From assembly GCA_043754785.1 (NCBI GenBank), contig JAYUUE010000090.1:1-53051 (forward strand): 53,051 bases of DNA, read 5' to 3'. The notes below the pieces were generated by a model that saw only the letters and a list, made by a program, of their open reading frames with translations, was not told the DNA's origin and did no database searches. Each line of letters begins with the position of its first letter. The stretch's first letter is position 1. This document shows positions 8,792 through 18,629 of the stretch, piece after piece. The DNA is from Polymorphobacter sp. Its GTDB lineage: Bacteria; Pseudomonadota; Alphaproteobacteria; Sphingomonadales; Sphingomonadaceae. The translations under genes and the position numbers were made by a program.

Positions 8792-9697
8792 ATGGACCTC
8801 GATAACGAACGCGAGAGCAGCAATGTCGAAGACATGCGCGGCCAGGGCGGCGGCGGCGGCTTTCCCGGCATGGGTGGCGGCGGCCTGAACTTTGGTGGCG
8901 GCAAGTTGGGTTGCGGCGGCATCGTCATTGTCATCGTTCTGGCGCTGATTTTCGGTGTCAACCCCTTGACCCTGTTGGGTGGCGGCGGTGGTGGGCAAGC
9001 CGGCGGGCCGCAACAGCAAATCGGCCAGCCGGCCGAAACTGGGGCCCCGGCGCGGTCGGCGACCGACATGGATCGCTTCGTCTCGCGGGTGCTGGCGACG
9101 ACCGAAGACACCTGGACGGCGATCTTCGAAAAGGAAGTCGGCAAACCTTATCGCGCGCCGAAGCTGGTGCTGTTCACCGACAGTGTGCGCTCGGGCTGCG
9201 GTGACGCCGAATCGGCGATGGGGCCATTTTATTGCCCGGCCGATCAGAAGGTCTATCTTGACCAGTCGTTTTTCGATGAGCTGGCTCGACGTTTCGGTGC
9301 GCCGGGAGATTTTGCGGCTGCCTATGTGATCGCCCATGAAATTGGCCATCATGTGCAGACATTGATCGGTATCTCCGACCAGGTCGAGGCGGCGCAGCGG
9401 CGCGCTTCGAAAACCCAGGGCAATGCCCTGCAAGTGCGCATGGAGCTGCAAGCCGATTGCCTCGCCGGCGTCTGGGCCAAGGCCAATGCGACGAAACTGC
9501 AACCGGGCGATGTCGAGGAAGCCATGCGTGCCGCCCAGGCCATCGGCGACGATACGTTGCAACGCGCCGCGCAAGGCGTCGTGGTGCCGGAAAGCTTCAC
9601 CCACGGGTCGAGCGCGCAGCGCATGGAATGGTTCATGCAAGGCATGAAGCAGGGCACGATCGCAGCGTGCGACACCTTCGGCGGCACGGAACTATAG
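8792..9697 (+). CDS. Neutral zinc metallopeptidase (YpfJ family)
   Basis: ESSNVEDMRG, GPFYCPADQKVYLD, AHEIGHHVQ, ELQADCLAG and FTHGSSAQR. Confidence 0.93.
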   Translation: MDLDNERESSNVEDMRGQGGGGGFPGMGGGGLNFGGGKLGCGGIVIVIVLALIFGVNPLTLLGGGGGGQAGGPQQQIGQPAETGAPARSATDMDRFVSRVLATTEDTWTAIFEKEVGKPYRAPKLVLFTDSVRSGCGDAESAMGPFYCPADQKVYLDQSFFDELARRFGAPGDFAAAYVIAHEIGHHVQTLIGISDQVEAAQRRASKTQGNALQVRMELQADCLAGVWAKANATKLQPGDVEEAMRAAQAIGDDTLQRAAQGVVVPESFTHGSSAQRMEWFMQGMKQGTIAACDTFGGTEL

Positions 9698-9739
9698 ACG
9701 TCGTTCCGGTCGGGAAAGTAAGTGATGCAGGGAGGCGGC

Positions 9740-10300
9740 TTAGCCCTTGTCGGCATCGATGATCGTCACCAGCCCCTTGGCAGTGCCGGCGCCGGAACTG
9801 GTCAAGGCGATGGTAAAATCATTGCCATCATCATTCTTGCCGGACAGCGTCTCTCCGCTTCGCGTTACCTTCATTGATTTTGCATCGAACTGCTGCTGGT
9901 ACCAATCGGCGACGGCAGCGGCGTCACCGGGAGCGCTGAAGCCGATCTCTACGACCGCGCGCTTGGTCCCGGCGTTCGAGGCATTGACTTTGACCGATCG
10001 CACCTTGGCGCCTGGATAAAGCCCGACGCCATCAATATCGAACTTGCCGCCTTCGCTAAGTCTTTCAGGCAGCTTCACCTTGGCTTCGATGCCGCCAGGT
10101 AGGCTCAGTTCGAACTTATTGCCATCGGAATCGCCGGGGATGGTGCGGGCGGTGGCCGACGCGGTTTTGCTGTCATCGCTGTCGATGGAGATATGGACGC
10201 TGCTGCCGGCCTTATCGTCGGCAGTTTTGACCTTGTTGTCGCTGCACGACGAGAGCGCTAGCAGCGACGCGGCGGCAAGCACGAAGGCGAATCGCAGCAT
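9740..10300 (-). CDS. Hypothetical lipoprotein
   Basis: MLRFAFVLAAASLLALSSC lipobox-like signal. Contains FDIDGVGLYPGA. Confidence 0.75.
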   Translation of the reverse strand: MLRFAFVLAAASLLALSSCSDNKVKTADDKAGSSVHISIDSDDSKTASATARTIPGDSDGNKFELSLPGGIEAKVKLPERLSEGGKFDIDGVGLYPGAKVRSVKVNASNAGTKRAVVEIGFSAPGDAAAVADWYQQQFDAKSMKVTRSGETLSGKNDDGNDFTIALTSSGAGTAKGLVTIIDADKG

Positions 10301-10351
10301 GGTCAGGCTCCCATCTGTATTGCAGGAATAATACACAATCAGCAGTTTGCG

Positions 10352-11287
10352 TCAATGTGCTGCCTTGCGCGGCCGCAGGTGCAAGACTGCGACAATGACC
10401 CCGCCGACCAGAACGCCAAACAGGCCGGCGCCGAGCGCACCGATGAACCACGAAACGGCCGGCGCGGCGGCGCCGCTTGCCGCGCCCAGAGACTCGGCGA
10501 AATGGTGGATGCTGTGGCCCGGCTCGGCGATGCCATAGCCTTCCAGCCCGTGGACGATGATGCCACCGCCGACCCACAGCATCGCCGCTGTGCCGATACG
10601 CGCCAGTATGCTCAGAAACGGCGGCATGGCGTGAACGAGCCCGCGGCCAAAGGTCTGAAAAAGCGGCGAGCCGGTGCGGGCCAGCGCATAGCCGGCATCA
10701 TCGGCTTTCACGATCAGCGCAACGGCGCCATAGACCAGCGCTGTGATGCCGACGCCGACAACGGCGAGAACCACCGCTTGCTCCATCATGGGGGCGTCGG
10801 CGACACTGGCCAGGCTGATCGCCATGATTTCACCCGACAGGATCAGATCGGTACGGATGGCGCTGTTGACCATGTGGTTTTCGACGGCGCGCGGGTCCTC
10901 ATCCACAGGACCTTCTTCAGCTTCGACATGTGGCGCCAAAATTTCGTAAAGCTTTTCAGCGCCTTCATAGCAAAGATAAGCGCCGCCGGCCATCAGCAGA
11001 GGGGTGATCGCCCAGGGTGCCAGCCAACTGAGCAGCAGTGCCCCCGGCAGCAGATAGACCAGCTTGTTTTTCAGCGACCCCTTGGCGATCTTGGCGACGA
11101 TCGGGATTTCGCGGTCGGCGGTGAATCCCGTGACATAGCGCGGAGTGACGGCCGCATCATCGATGACCACGCCCGCCGCCTTGGCCGAGGCCTTGGCCGC
11201 TGCCGCCGCGGTATCGTCAAGCGACGCCGCCGCCACCTTGGCAATGGCGGCCACGTCATCAAGCAGCGCCAGAAATCCCGATGCCAT
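10352..11287 (-). CDS. DUF808 (YedI-like) inner membrane protein
   Basis: MASGFLALLDDVA...KAAGVVIDDAAVTPRYV...GSLKNKL...AIRTDLILSGEIM. Confidence 0.9.
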   Translation of the reverse strand: MASGFLALLDDVAAIAKVAAASLDDTAAAAAKASAKAAGVVIDDAAVTPRYVTGFTADREIPIVAKIAKGSLKNKLVYLLPGALLLSWLAPWAITPLLMAGGAYLCYEGAEKLYEILAPHVEAEEGPVDEDPRAVENHMVNSAIRTDLILSGEIMAISLASVADAPMMEQAVVLAVVGVGITALVYGAVALIVKADDAGYALARTGSPLFQTFGRGLVHAMPPFLSILARIGTAAMLWVGGGIIVHGLEGYGIAEPGHSIHHFAESLGAASGAAAPAVSWFIGALGAGLFGVLVGGVIVAVLHLRPRKAAH

Positions 11288-11306
11288 CACCGCTCCCACG
11301 CCAGAT

Positions 11307-11383
<77 letters not shown>

Positions 11384-11472
11384 GCCTTGTTTGCATGACC
11401 CCGGGCGGCGTCCCGATTCAAGTAAAAAACGTTCGGCGGCGCGGCGTTATGTCAGCAATGCATGCAGCGCGT

Positions 11473-12297
11473 TCAGGCATTGACCAGTGCGAACGGCCTG
11501 ACGTGTTGCAATGCCGGCACCTTGCCACGCGCGGCGGCGACGGCATCGAGATCGATGTCGCACACCGCAATGCCGGGCGCCATGCCCATATCCAGCAACA
11601 CCGCGCCCCACGGCGCGACCACCAGCGAATGGCCAAAGGTTTCGCGGCCATCGGCGTGCACGCCCGTCTGCGCCGCAGCAATCACAAAGCATCCCGTTTC
11701 GATGGCGCGGGCGCGCAGCAACACATGCCAATGCGCCACGCCGGTGGTGCGGGTGAAGGCGGCAGGCACCGCCAAGATGACCGCACCGGCGCCGGCGAGG
11801 GCCGCGTGCAGCGCCGGGAAGCGCAGGTCGTAACAGATGGTCAGCCCCAATCCGCCCCATGGCGTCTGCGCACAGACTGCGGTATCGCCAGGCGCATAAG
11901 CCGCCGATTCGCGGTAGGTTTCGCCGCCGGGCAGCGTCACGTCGAACAGATGGATCTTGTCGTATCGCGCACGGATTTCGCCGCCATCGTCGATCAGGAA
12001 GCCACGGTTGACGAAACGGTCGTCGCGGCCCTTAAGCGCCAGGCTGCCCAGTTGAACCCAAACCTTGTGGGCCTTTGCCGCCGCGCGCACGTCTGCAAGC
12101 ACGATATCATCGGCCTCGGTCACGATCTGTGTAGCGGCGCGGCGGCGGTCCTTGTCGACCAGTCCGCTCATCTCGGGCGTGAAGATGATCTGAGCACCCT
12201 GTGCCGCCAAGTCCGATATGGCCGCAACCAGCGCCGGCGCTTCGGTCGCCGGGTCGATGCCGGTCGTCGGCTGCACGAGACCGATGCGCAGTGTCAT
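11473..12297 (-). CDS. Carbon-nitrogen hydrolase (Nit1 / deaminated glutathione amidase-like)
   Basis: Catalytic triad motifs FTPEM, YDKIHLFDV and ICYDLRFP, plus HWHVLLRARAIE. Confidence 0.93.
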   Translation of the reverse strand: MTLRIGLVQPTTGIDPATEAPALVAAISDLAAQGAQIIFTPEMSGLVDKDRRRAATQIVTEADDIVLADVRAAAKAHKVWVQLGSLALKGRDDRFVNRGFLIDDGGEIRARYDKIHLFDVTLPGGETYRESAAYAPGDTAVCAQTPWGGLGLTICYDLRFPALHAALAGAGAVILAVPAAFTRTTGVAHWHVLLRARAIETGCFVIAAAQTGVHADGRETFGHSLVVAPWGAVLLDMGMAPGIAVCDIDLDAVAAARGKVPALQHVRPFALVNA

Positions 12298-12551
12298 GCA
12301 GCCAGCATGGCGTCAAGCTTGCCATCGCGCTCCAGGCTCGCCAATTCGTCGCTGCCGCCGACATGGGCGCCATTGATGAATATCTGCGGCACCGTCTGCC
12401 GCCCACCCGATCGATCGAGCATCTCGGCACGCGCCGGTCCGCCCGATGAAATATCGATCTCGTCGAACGACGCGCCCTTTTTGGTCAGAAGCGATTTGGC
12501 GCGCGTGCAGAATGGGCACAAGAACTTGGTGTAGATTTCAATCTTGGGCAT
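12294..12551 (-). CDS. grxC: Glutaredoxin 3
   Basis: IYTKFLCPFC, TVPQIFI and GGSDEL. Confidence 0.95.
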   Translation of the reverse strand: MPKIEIYTKFLCPFCTRAKSLLTKKGASFDEIDISSGGPARAEMLDRSGGRQTVPQIFINGAHVGGSDELASLERDGKLDAMLAA

Positions 12552-12617
12552 CAACGTCTCCACAGGTGCTCATAATATCGCCCGCCGCATTTTCACATAG
12601 CGTCCCGCTGAACCTTT

Positions 12618-13367
12618 TTATAGTGCGTCCCGCACGACGCGAGCGAAGGTCAAGACATGAACACTGCTCGCCCCGGCGCGGCGCAAGTGGCGCGCGCAGG
12701 CATCGACAGTGGCGCCGGTAGTCAGCACGTCATCGACCAGCACGATATCGCGGTCCTTGACGCGGCGGCGGTCGGCGACGCGAAAGGCGCCGCGCACATT
12801 GTCGGCGCGTGCCTTTCGTCCCATGCCGGCGCTCGGCCGCGTCGCCTTGACGCGCACCAGCGCATCTATGTCGAGCTGTGCACCGCTCAGCCGCGCCAGC
12901 TCCTGTGCCAGCACCGCTGCCTGGTTGAAGCCGCGCCGCCACAGCCGCCAGCGATGCAGTGGCACCGGGACGAGAACCGATTGCGGGGCGAGCATGGACC
13001 CGGCGACGCGCATCATGTGCGGCGCCATCACCCGCGCCAGATGCTGGCGGTCACCATGCTTCATTGCCAGCAAAACCGTGCGCGCCGGTCCGCCATACGC
13101 CAGCGCCGCACGGGCGGTGGTGAAGCGCGGCGGTTCGGCGAGGCAAGCACCGCATTCGGCTGCGACGCCGCGATCATGGCCGAATGGCGTCCCGCAAATT
13201 GCGCAATGCGGCGCGGTTATGAACGCCAGTTGCCGCCAGCAATCCAGGCAAAACCGCTCGTCGCCATCGACAATCACTCGTCAAGCCGGACAACGCGGCG
13301 GCAACACCAGATCGACAACGGAGCGCACCGGCACCATCAGCAACGCGCGGAGGTCGGACCCAGCCAT
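12618..13367 (-). pseudogene. comF: ComF family protein (zinc ribbon + PRTase) with in-frame TGA at codon 29
   Basis: MAGSDLRALLMVPVRSVVDLVLPPRCPA*RVIVDGDERFCLDC...VPVPLHRWRLWRRGFNQA...VLVDDVLTTGAT. TGA at 13281-13283. Confidence 0.85.
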
Positions 13368-13371
13368 CGGC

Positions 13372-14868
13372 CTATCGCGGCGGCGCCACGGTCGCCGGCA
13401 GGTCGCGCCCTGCCCTGACATAGGCTGCCTTAACATCCGGTCGCGCTTTCAGCGCCCGCAGGCCGGCGCGTTGCTTGCCATCACGCGCTATCGGGCGGTC
13501 GAGGAGCAGGAACGGCTGCAGGTCGAACAGCATCGACACACGGTCGGCGGGGTCTGCCAGCCGCTTGATGATCGCGGCGGCAGCTGCGTCCATGCGGCCC
13601 AAGCAGATCATCGCCGCCAGATAGGCGTCGTCATTGGCATCCGGGTTGGCGATCAGCGGCGCTGCGGCTTCGGCAGCCTTCGCCTTGCTGTCCAAGTCGG
13701 TGAGGGCGCACGCCCGCGCCTGCGCCACATACAATTGGCCGAACTCGCTCGCCGCCGGCAGTTTCGCAGCGGACGCTTCGGCGAGCGCCAGCGCATCCTT
13801 GGGGCGGCCCAGGCTTTGCGCCATCAGTACCTCGTTGATGATCGTGCCGATCATTCCCGGTCGCCCGGCGAACGGCGTGGCGTTGAGTGCCGCCAGCCGG
13901 GCAAGGGCTGCATCACCCTTGCCGGCATCGGCAAGCAGTTCGGCCTGGAGATTGACCAGCCAGATTTCGCGGTCGGTCAGCGCCGCCAGTGCCTCGGGAG
14001 TCTTGGCGACATCGGCTACCACCAACGCCTCGGGTTCGCGTGAGGCGATGTTCAGCGCTTCGGCGTAACCCAGCCGTGCCAGCAGCGAATCGGGCTTTTT
14101 GTCGAAGCGTGCCTTGGCGGCGCTGACATAGGCGGCGTCGGCGATATCGGCGCCAGGCCCCAGCCGCGACTCGATTTCGGGCCATAGTCTGGCAAAGCGC
14201 CGGTCGATGCCCAGCCGCACCAGCACCACCGGGCTGAGGATCGCAGCAATGACCGGGCGCGCGTCATCGAGCCGGTCGCGCTCGACGAGCCCGGTCGCCA
14301 GTCGCAGCCGCACCCAATCGAGATCGGCCAGCGTCATGTCTGGCGGTGACCAACCGGCGGTGACCATCGCATAGTCAAGCTCGAACGCACGGCCTCTGTC
14401 GCCGCCACTGCCGGGTTGCGCGGCACGCAAGACATCGGTCACGACTTCGGTCGGCAGGGTGTTAAGTCCTTTGGGTTCGGTTGCGGCGATCAGCAGCAGC
14501 GTGTCACCGGCGCCTTTGGGATCACCATCGAAGGCACGCAGCAGGAACAATTGCCGCAACAGCAGCATCGACGGCGCCGGGCTGCTGCCGACACTGGTCT
14601 CGATGGCCTTGCGCGCTTCGGGGATGCGGTTTGCCCGCGCCAGCGCAAAGCTGCGCAACCCCTCGATCTGGCCGCGCTCGACCGGAAAATCGGTGGCGCC
14701 GAGCATCGCATCGAGCATCGCCAGTGCTTCCCCGGTCTTGTTGGCGTCGACGAGCGTGGCAGCGGCCGCCAGCTGTTTTTCGATGCTTGGTGCCTCTATC
14801 GGCGCTGCCGCCAGCAACAGCGCAGCGAATGGCCCCAGCAAAAACGTCGGTGCTTTTCCAATCTTCAT
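13372..14868 (-). CDS. Exported alpha-helical (TPR-like) hypothetical protein
   Basis: 498-aa Ala/Leu-rich ORF with signal peptide and TPR-like helical pattern. Stop lies 4 nt before the comF start. Confidence 0.75.
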   Translation of the reverse strand: MKIGKAPTFLLGPFAALLLAAAPIEAPSIEKQLAAAATLVDANKTGEALAMLDAMLGATDFPVERGQIEGLRSFALARANRIPEARKAIETSVGSSPAPSMLLLRQLFLLRAFDGDPKGAGDTLLLIAATEPKGLNTLPTEVVTDVLRAAQPGSGGDRGRAFELDYAMVTAGWSPPDMTLADLDWVRLRLATGLVERDRLDDARPVIAAILSPVVLVRLGIDRRFARLWPEIESRLGPGADIADAAYVSAAKARFDKKPDSLLARLGYAEALNIASREPEALVVADVAKTPEALAALTDREIWLVNLQAELLADAGKGDAALARLAALNATPFAGRPGMIGTIINEVLMAQSLGRPKDALALAEASAAKLPAASEFGQLYVAQARACALTDLDSKAKAAEAAAPLIANPDANDDAYLAAMICLGRMDAAAAAIIKRLADPADRVSMLFDLQPFLLLDRPIARDGKQRAGLRALKARPDVKAAYVRAGRDLPATVAPPR

Positions 14869-14940
14869 TCGGCCATGGTAGCGGCTGGACGGCGCGGCAC
14901 AACAAGCAACGGCGGGCAGCGCTGCCCAGGGAGATGCGTT

Positions 14941-15549
14941 ATGGACAAGCAGGTCGAGTTTTTCTTCGATTGCAGCAGCCCCTGGACCTATCTGGGGTTC
15001 GAGGCGCTGGTCGCGGCAGCGCGCGAGGATAGCTTTGGTGTCTGTTTCCGCCCCTTCCTCGTCGGCGGCGTTTTCAACACCGTCAACAAGTCCGTCTATG
15101 AAATGCGTGAGCAGGTCGCCTCACCCAAATCGCTGTATTTCTGGAAGGACCTGCACGACTGGATCAACCGATCCGGCCTCGCCATCAAATGGCGGCCGAG
15201 CATTTTCCCGATCAACAGCGCACGTGCCATGCGCGCCTGCCTCGTTGCCGCCGACGCCAGCGTCTGCGAGGTCTTCGCGCGCCGGGTGTTTCAGCTGTAT
15301 TGGGGCGAGGACTGCGACATCGGCGATCCGGCCGTTCTCGCCGAGGCCTGCGCCGCCGCCGGGCTGGACGCCGCCGAAACCTTGGCAGTGGCGGATAGCC
15401 CCGAGCTCAAAACCCGGCTGCGCGCCAACACCGACGAAGTCATCGCCCGCGGCGGCTTTGGCACGCCAACCTTTTTCGTGGGGGACACCGACATGTATTT
15501 CGGTCAGGATCGCATTGTGCTGGTGCGCGAGGCGCTACGCCGCCTGTGA
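14941..15549 (+). CDS. 2-hydroxychromene-2-carboxylate isomerase / kappa-GST (DSBA-like) family
   Basis: VEFFFDCSSPWTYL, FPINS, RGGFGTPTFFV and YFGQDR. GGAGA RBS. Confidence 0.9.
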   Translation: MDKQVEFFFDCSSPWTYLGFEALVAAAREDSFGVCFRPFLVGGVFNTVNKSVYEMREQVASPKSLYFWKDLHDWINRSGLAIKWRPSIFPINSARAMRACLVAADASVCEVFARRVFQLYWGEDCDIGDPAVLAEACAAAGLDAAETLAVADSPELKTRLRANTDEVIARGGFGTPTFFVGDTDMYFGQDRIVLVREALRRL

Positions 15550-16194
15550 AGCCTCGGCCGCGATGCTGCGCAGTGCCTTTTCGAACGCTGCCACTGGTTG
15601 CCCGCCGGAAATCAGATATTTGCCGTCGATAACAATTGCCGGCACGGCGTTGATGCCCTGTTCGCGCCAATGCCGCTCATCGGCACGCACTTCGGCGATA
15701 TAGGCGCCCGATGCGAGCACCTTGCGCGCCGCATCGCCATCCAGCCCGGCCACCACCGCTGCTGCCACCAGCGTCTCCGGGTCCGCAAAGCTGCGCTGTT
15801 CGGTGAAATGCGCCGTGAACAGCGCCATTTTGAGCTGGCGCTGGCGCCCCGCCAGCGCCGCCCAGTGCAGCAGCCGGTGGCAGTCAAAGGTGTTCCAGAT
15901 CCGGCTGTCGGCATTGGTTGCCATGGTGAAACCCAGGTCGGCAGCGCTCGACCGGATCAGGTCGCGCGTGCCCTTCGACCTTTCCGCATCGGCGCCATAT
16001 TTGCGCGCGATATGCTCGGCGACATTCTCGCCCTCCGGCGCCATGTCGGGGTTCAGCTCGAACGGTTGGAAATGCATATCCACCGTCACGACATCGGCCG
16101 CATTGGCAATCGCCGTCTCCAGCGACTTCAGCCCGATGACGCACCACGGACACACGACATCCGAAACAAAATCGATCCGCAGCGCTTTGCCCAT
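15535..16194 (-). CDS. DsbA family oxidoreductase (FrnE-like)
   Basis: IDFVSDVVCPWCVIG, PFELNPDM, GINAVP and ISGGQP. GGAGG RBS. Confidence 0.92.
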   Translation of the reverse strand: MGKALRIDFVSDVVCPWCVIGLKSLETAIANAADVVTVDMHFQPFELNPDMAPEGENVAEHIARKYGADAERSKGTRDLIRSSAADLGFTMATNADSRIWNTFDCHRLLHWAALAGRQRQLKMALFTAHFTEQRSFADPETLVAAAVVAGLDGDAARKVLASGAYIAEVRADERHWREQGINAVPAIVIDGKYLISGGQPVAAFEKALRSIAAEASQAA

Positions 16195-16219
16195 CACATC
16201 CTCCATCAGAGGCGTGACT

Positions 16220-17059
16220 TTAGCCGCAGTCGTTCGCCCCGACAAATCGCGCCGCGTAACGGCTGGTGATGCGGTCCACCGGCATGATGACGAACACATC
16301 GACAGTGTTGAACTGGTGATCGACAAAGCCACCATCGCCGACCATCGCGCCGACGCGCAGATAGCCCTTGATCAACGGCGGCAGCGCCCGGGCGGCGGCG
16401 CGGGTATCGATGGATGCAGCCTGCACCCGGTCCATCGGCACATGATTGTCCGGCAATGCACACGCCCGCAGCTCCGGCGGTGCCAGATGATGGTGATAGA
16501 GATACGACAATTCGGCAGTATGCAGCACCGGATCGGCGCCGTGCAACGACGCACAGCCGAACATGTAACCGATACTGTGTGCCTGCAAATACGAGGCAAT
16601 GCCGCGCCACAGCAGCGAGATCGTCGCGTTATTACGCCAGGCCGGTGCCACGCAGCTGCGCCCCAGTTCGAGCAGCTGACCACCACTCGCCGAATGGGCG
16701 ATTAGCCGTGACAGGTCGTACTCCCCGGACGAATAAAAGCCGCGCACCGCCATGTCCTGGCGCAGCAGGCGATAAGTGCCGACCACATGCGGTCTGCCAT
16801 CGAGCCCATGATCAATAACGAGAAGATGATCGCAGATCGTGTCATATTCATCGATATCGCGCCGCTCGCGTGCCATCGCTGGCGTCGGTTCAGCACCCAT
16901 TTCATCATAGAAAATCTGGTAGCGCAGTGCCTGTGCGGCAGCGATCTCGCCTTCCGACACCGCCAACCGCACGTCGAGCTGCCCGACGCTGTGCAGAAAC
17001 GGTTGCGCCCCCCGCGGCTGCGGCGCAATCGCGGTCGGACGGGAAAGGCCGAGACCCAT
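16220..17059 (-). CDS. GNAT N-acyltransferase, OlsB-like (ornithine/amino-lipid synthesis family)
   Basis: AQALRYQIFYDEMGA, DEYDTICDHLLV, VVGTYRL, LELGRSCV and LPPLIKGYLRVGA. Start approximate. Confidence 0.85.
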   Translation of the reverse strand: MGLGLSRPTAIAPQPRGAQPFLHSVGQLDVRLAVSEGEIAAAQALRYQIFYDEMGAEPTPAMARERRDIDEYDTICDHLLVIDHGLDGRPHVVGTYRLLRQDMAVRGFYSSGEYDLSRLIAHSASGGQLLELGRSCVAPAWRNNATISLLWRGIASYLQAHSIGYMFGCASLHGADPVLHTAELSYLYHHHLAPPELRACALPDNHVPMDRVQAASIDTRAAARALPPLIKGYLRVGAMVGDGGFVDHQFNTVDVFVIMPVDRITSRYAARFVGANDCG

Positions 17060-17142
17060 GAATTTCACTCCAGCCGGCACGACAGCGCGTTCGCTTTCAG
17101 GGCCATAGCGGTGAAATGTTACAGCCGCAGGCGTTCCATATG

Positions 17143-18501
17143 TCAGGCCGGTGACGGCTCCAACCGCTTGGGGATCACCTGATCGACCAGCCCGGCGCGC
17201 ATCATGTAGACAAAAATCAATATACCCGGCAGCGCCAGCGCTGTTGTAAGCAGGTAAAAATTCACATAGCCCATCGTCTCGATGAGCGCGCCCGCCGTGG
17301 TTCCGCTGATGAAGCGCCCGACGACCGACGAGGCAGCCGATAATAACGCGAACTGGGTCGCGGTAAAGCGCAGGTCGCAAAGCGCCGACAGATAGGCGAC
17401 AACTGCCACGCCGCCGATGCCGCTGGTGAAGTTTTCGAACCCGATTGCTGCCGCCATGCCGAAATTGCTGTGCCCCGCCGCTGCCAACACTGCAAAGCTG
17501 AGGTTCGACACCGCCATAAGTACCAGGCTGACCAGCACCGCCGCCTTCATGCCCAGCCGAGTAAAGACGATGCCGCCGACGAATACCCCGAGCAGATACG
17601 CCACCAGACCGAGCTGAACATCGTAAAAGGCGATTTCGGTTTTGGTGAACCCCAGGTCGTTGAACAGCAGCCGGAAGGTCAGGTTGGCCATGGTATCACC
17701 GATCTTGTGGAACAGGATGAAGGCCAGCGCCAACACCGCACCATCGCGGCGCAAGAAGTCGGCCATCGGCGCGGTCACCGCATCCTGGGCCGCTGCCCAG
17801 CCGGAAAGTCCGTCGCCTGTGGCTACCGGGCGTTTGGGCTCCCCGAGCAACACGCAGGCGAGGATGGCCGGGAGCGCAAACAGCGAGGCCGCGACATAGG
17901 CAAAGCTCCAACCGCGACTTTCCGCCAGCAAGAGCGCGACGGCCCCGGCTGCGCTCGAACCGATACGCCAACCATATTGCGACATTCCCGACCCGACGCC
18001 CAGCTGTTCGGGGGTCAGATTTTCGATACGAAACGCATCGATGACGATATCGTACGTTGCGCCGAAAAACGCTACCGCCAGCGTTGCCGCAACCACCCGG
18101 CCTAGCCCCGCCTGCGGATCTTCAAGCCCTAGCCACGCGACCGACGCCATCACCGCCAATCCAATGACCAGCAGCCAGGCCCGCCTTTGCCCGATGCGGG
18201 CCGCCAGCAGCGGCAGCCGTACCCGGTCGATCACCGGCGCCCACAGGAATTTGAGGTTATACAGCAAGAACGCCAGCGTGAACGCCGTCACCGCTTTTTT
18301 GTCGATGCCGGCTTCGGCCAATCGCGTCGTTAGCGTCGAAGCGATCATCGCGAACGGGAACCCCGACGAGATTCCCAGCGCCAGCGCCCCCAGCGGTCCG
18401 GGCTCGAAATAGGGCTGAACCGCAGCCGGCAACACGCCGCGAACGCCGGCCAGACCGCTGCGCAGTGGTTGGCGCCAATCGTGAGAACTGCTGTCGATCA
18501 T
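17143..18501 (-). CDS. ampG: AmpG family muropeptide MFS permease
   Basis: LGISSGFPF, LKFLWAPVID, GQRRAWL, ATYDIVIDAFRIE and FTATQFALLS. Confidence 0.92.
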   Translation of the reverse strand: MIDSSSHDWRQPLRSGLAGVRGVLPAAVQPYFEPGPLGALALGISSGFPFAMIASTLTTRLAEAGIDKKAVTAFTLAFLLYNLKFLWAPVIDRVRLPLLAARIGQRRAWLLVIGLAVMASVAWLGLEDPQAGLGRVVAATLAVAFFGATYDIVIDAFRIENLTPEQLGVGSGMSQYGWRIGSSAAGAVALLLAESRGWSFAYVAASLFALPAILACVLLGEPKRPVATGDGLSGWAAAQDAVTAPMADFLRRDGAVLALAFILFHKIGDTMANLTFRLLFNDLGFTKTEIAFYDVQLGLVAYLLGVFVGGIVFTRLGMKAAVLVSLVLMAVSNLSFAVLAAAGHSNFGMAAAIGFENFTSGIGGVAVVAYLSALCDLRFTATQFALLSAASSVVGRFISGTTAGALIETMGYVNFYLLTTALALPGILIFVYMMRAGLVDQVIPKRLEPSPA

Positions 18502-18599
18502 CCAGGCACCATAACGGCGACACCGGGGCTGTCCATCACTGCCCGGCAATGGCCGAAAGTGTGACCGATCGGCAACAACCGCCAAGATTGATCCGGCAT

Positions 18600-18629
18600 T
18601 GGTAACGCACACATGACTGCCGCTTGACA
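18600..18629 (+). promoter_or_regulatory. Candidate LacI-type operator and -35 box upstream of the truncated TBDR
   Basis: TGGTAACGCACACA (18600-18613), an imperfect palindrome with central CG. TTGACA at 18624-18629. The -10 is weak. Confidence 0.3.

Noticed and set aside
8845-9005. GGC-rich repeats in the metallopeptidase gene (similar ones in the DnaJ linker)
   Set aside because: They encode ordinary Gly-rich linkers typical of these families.
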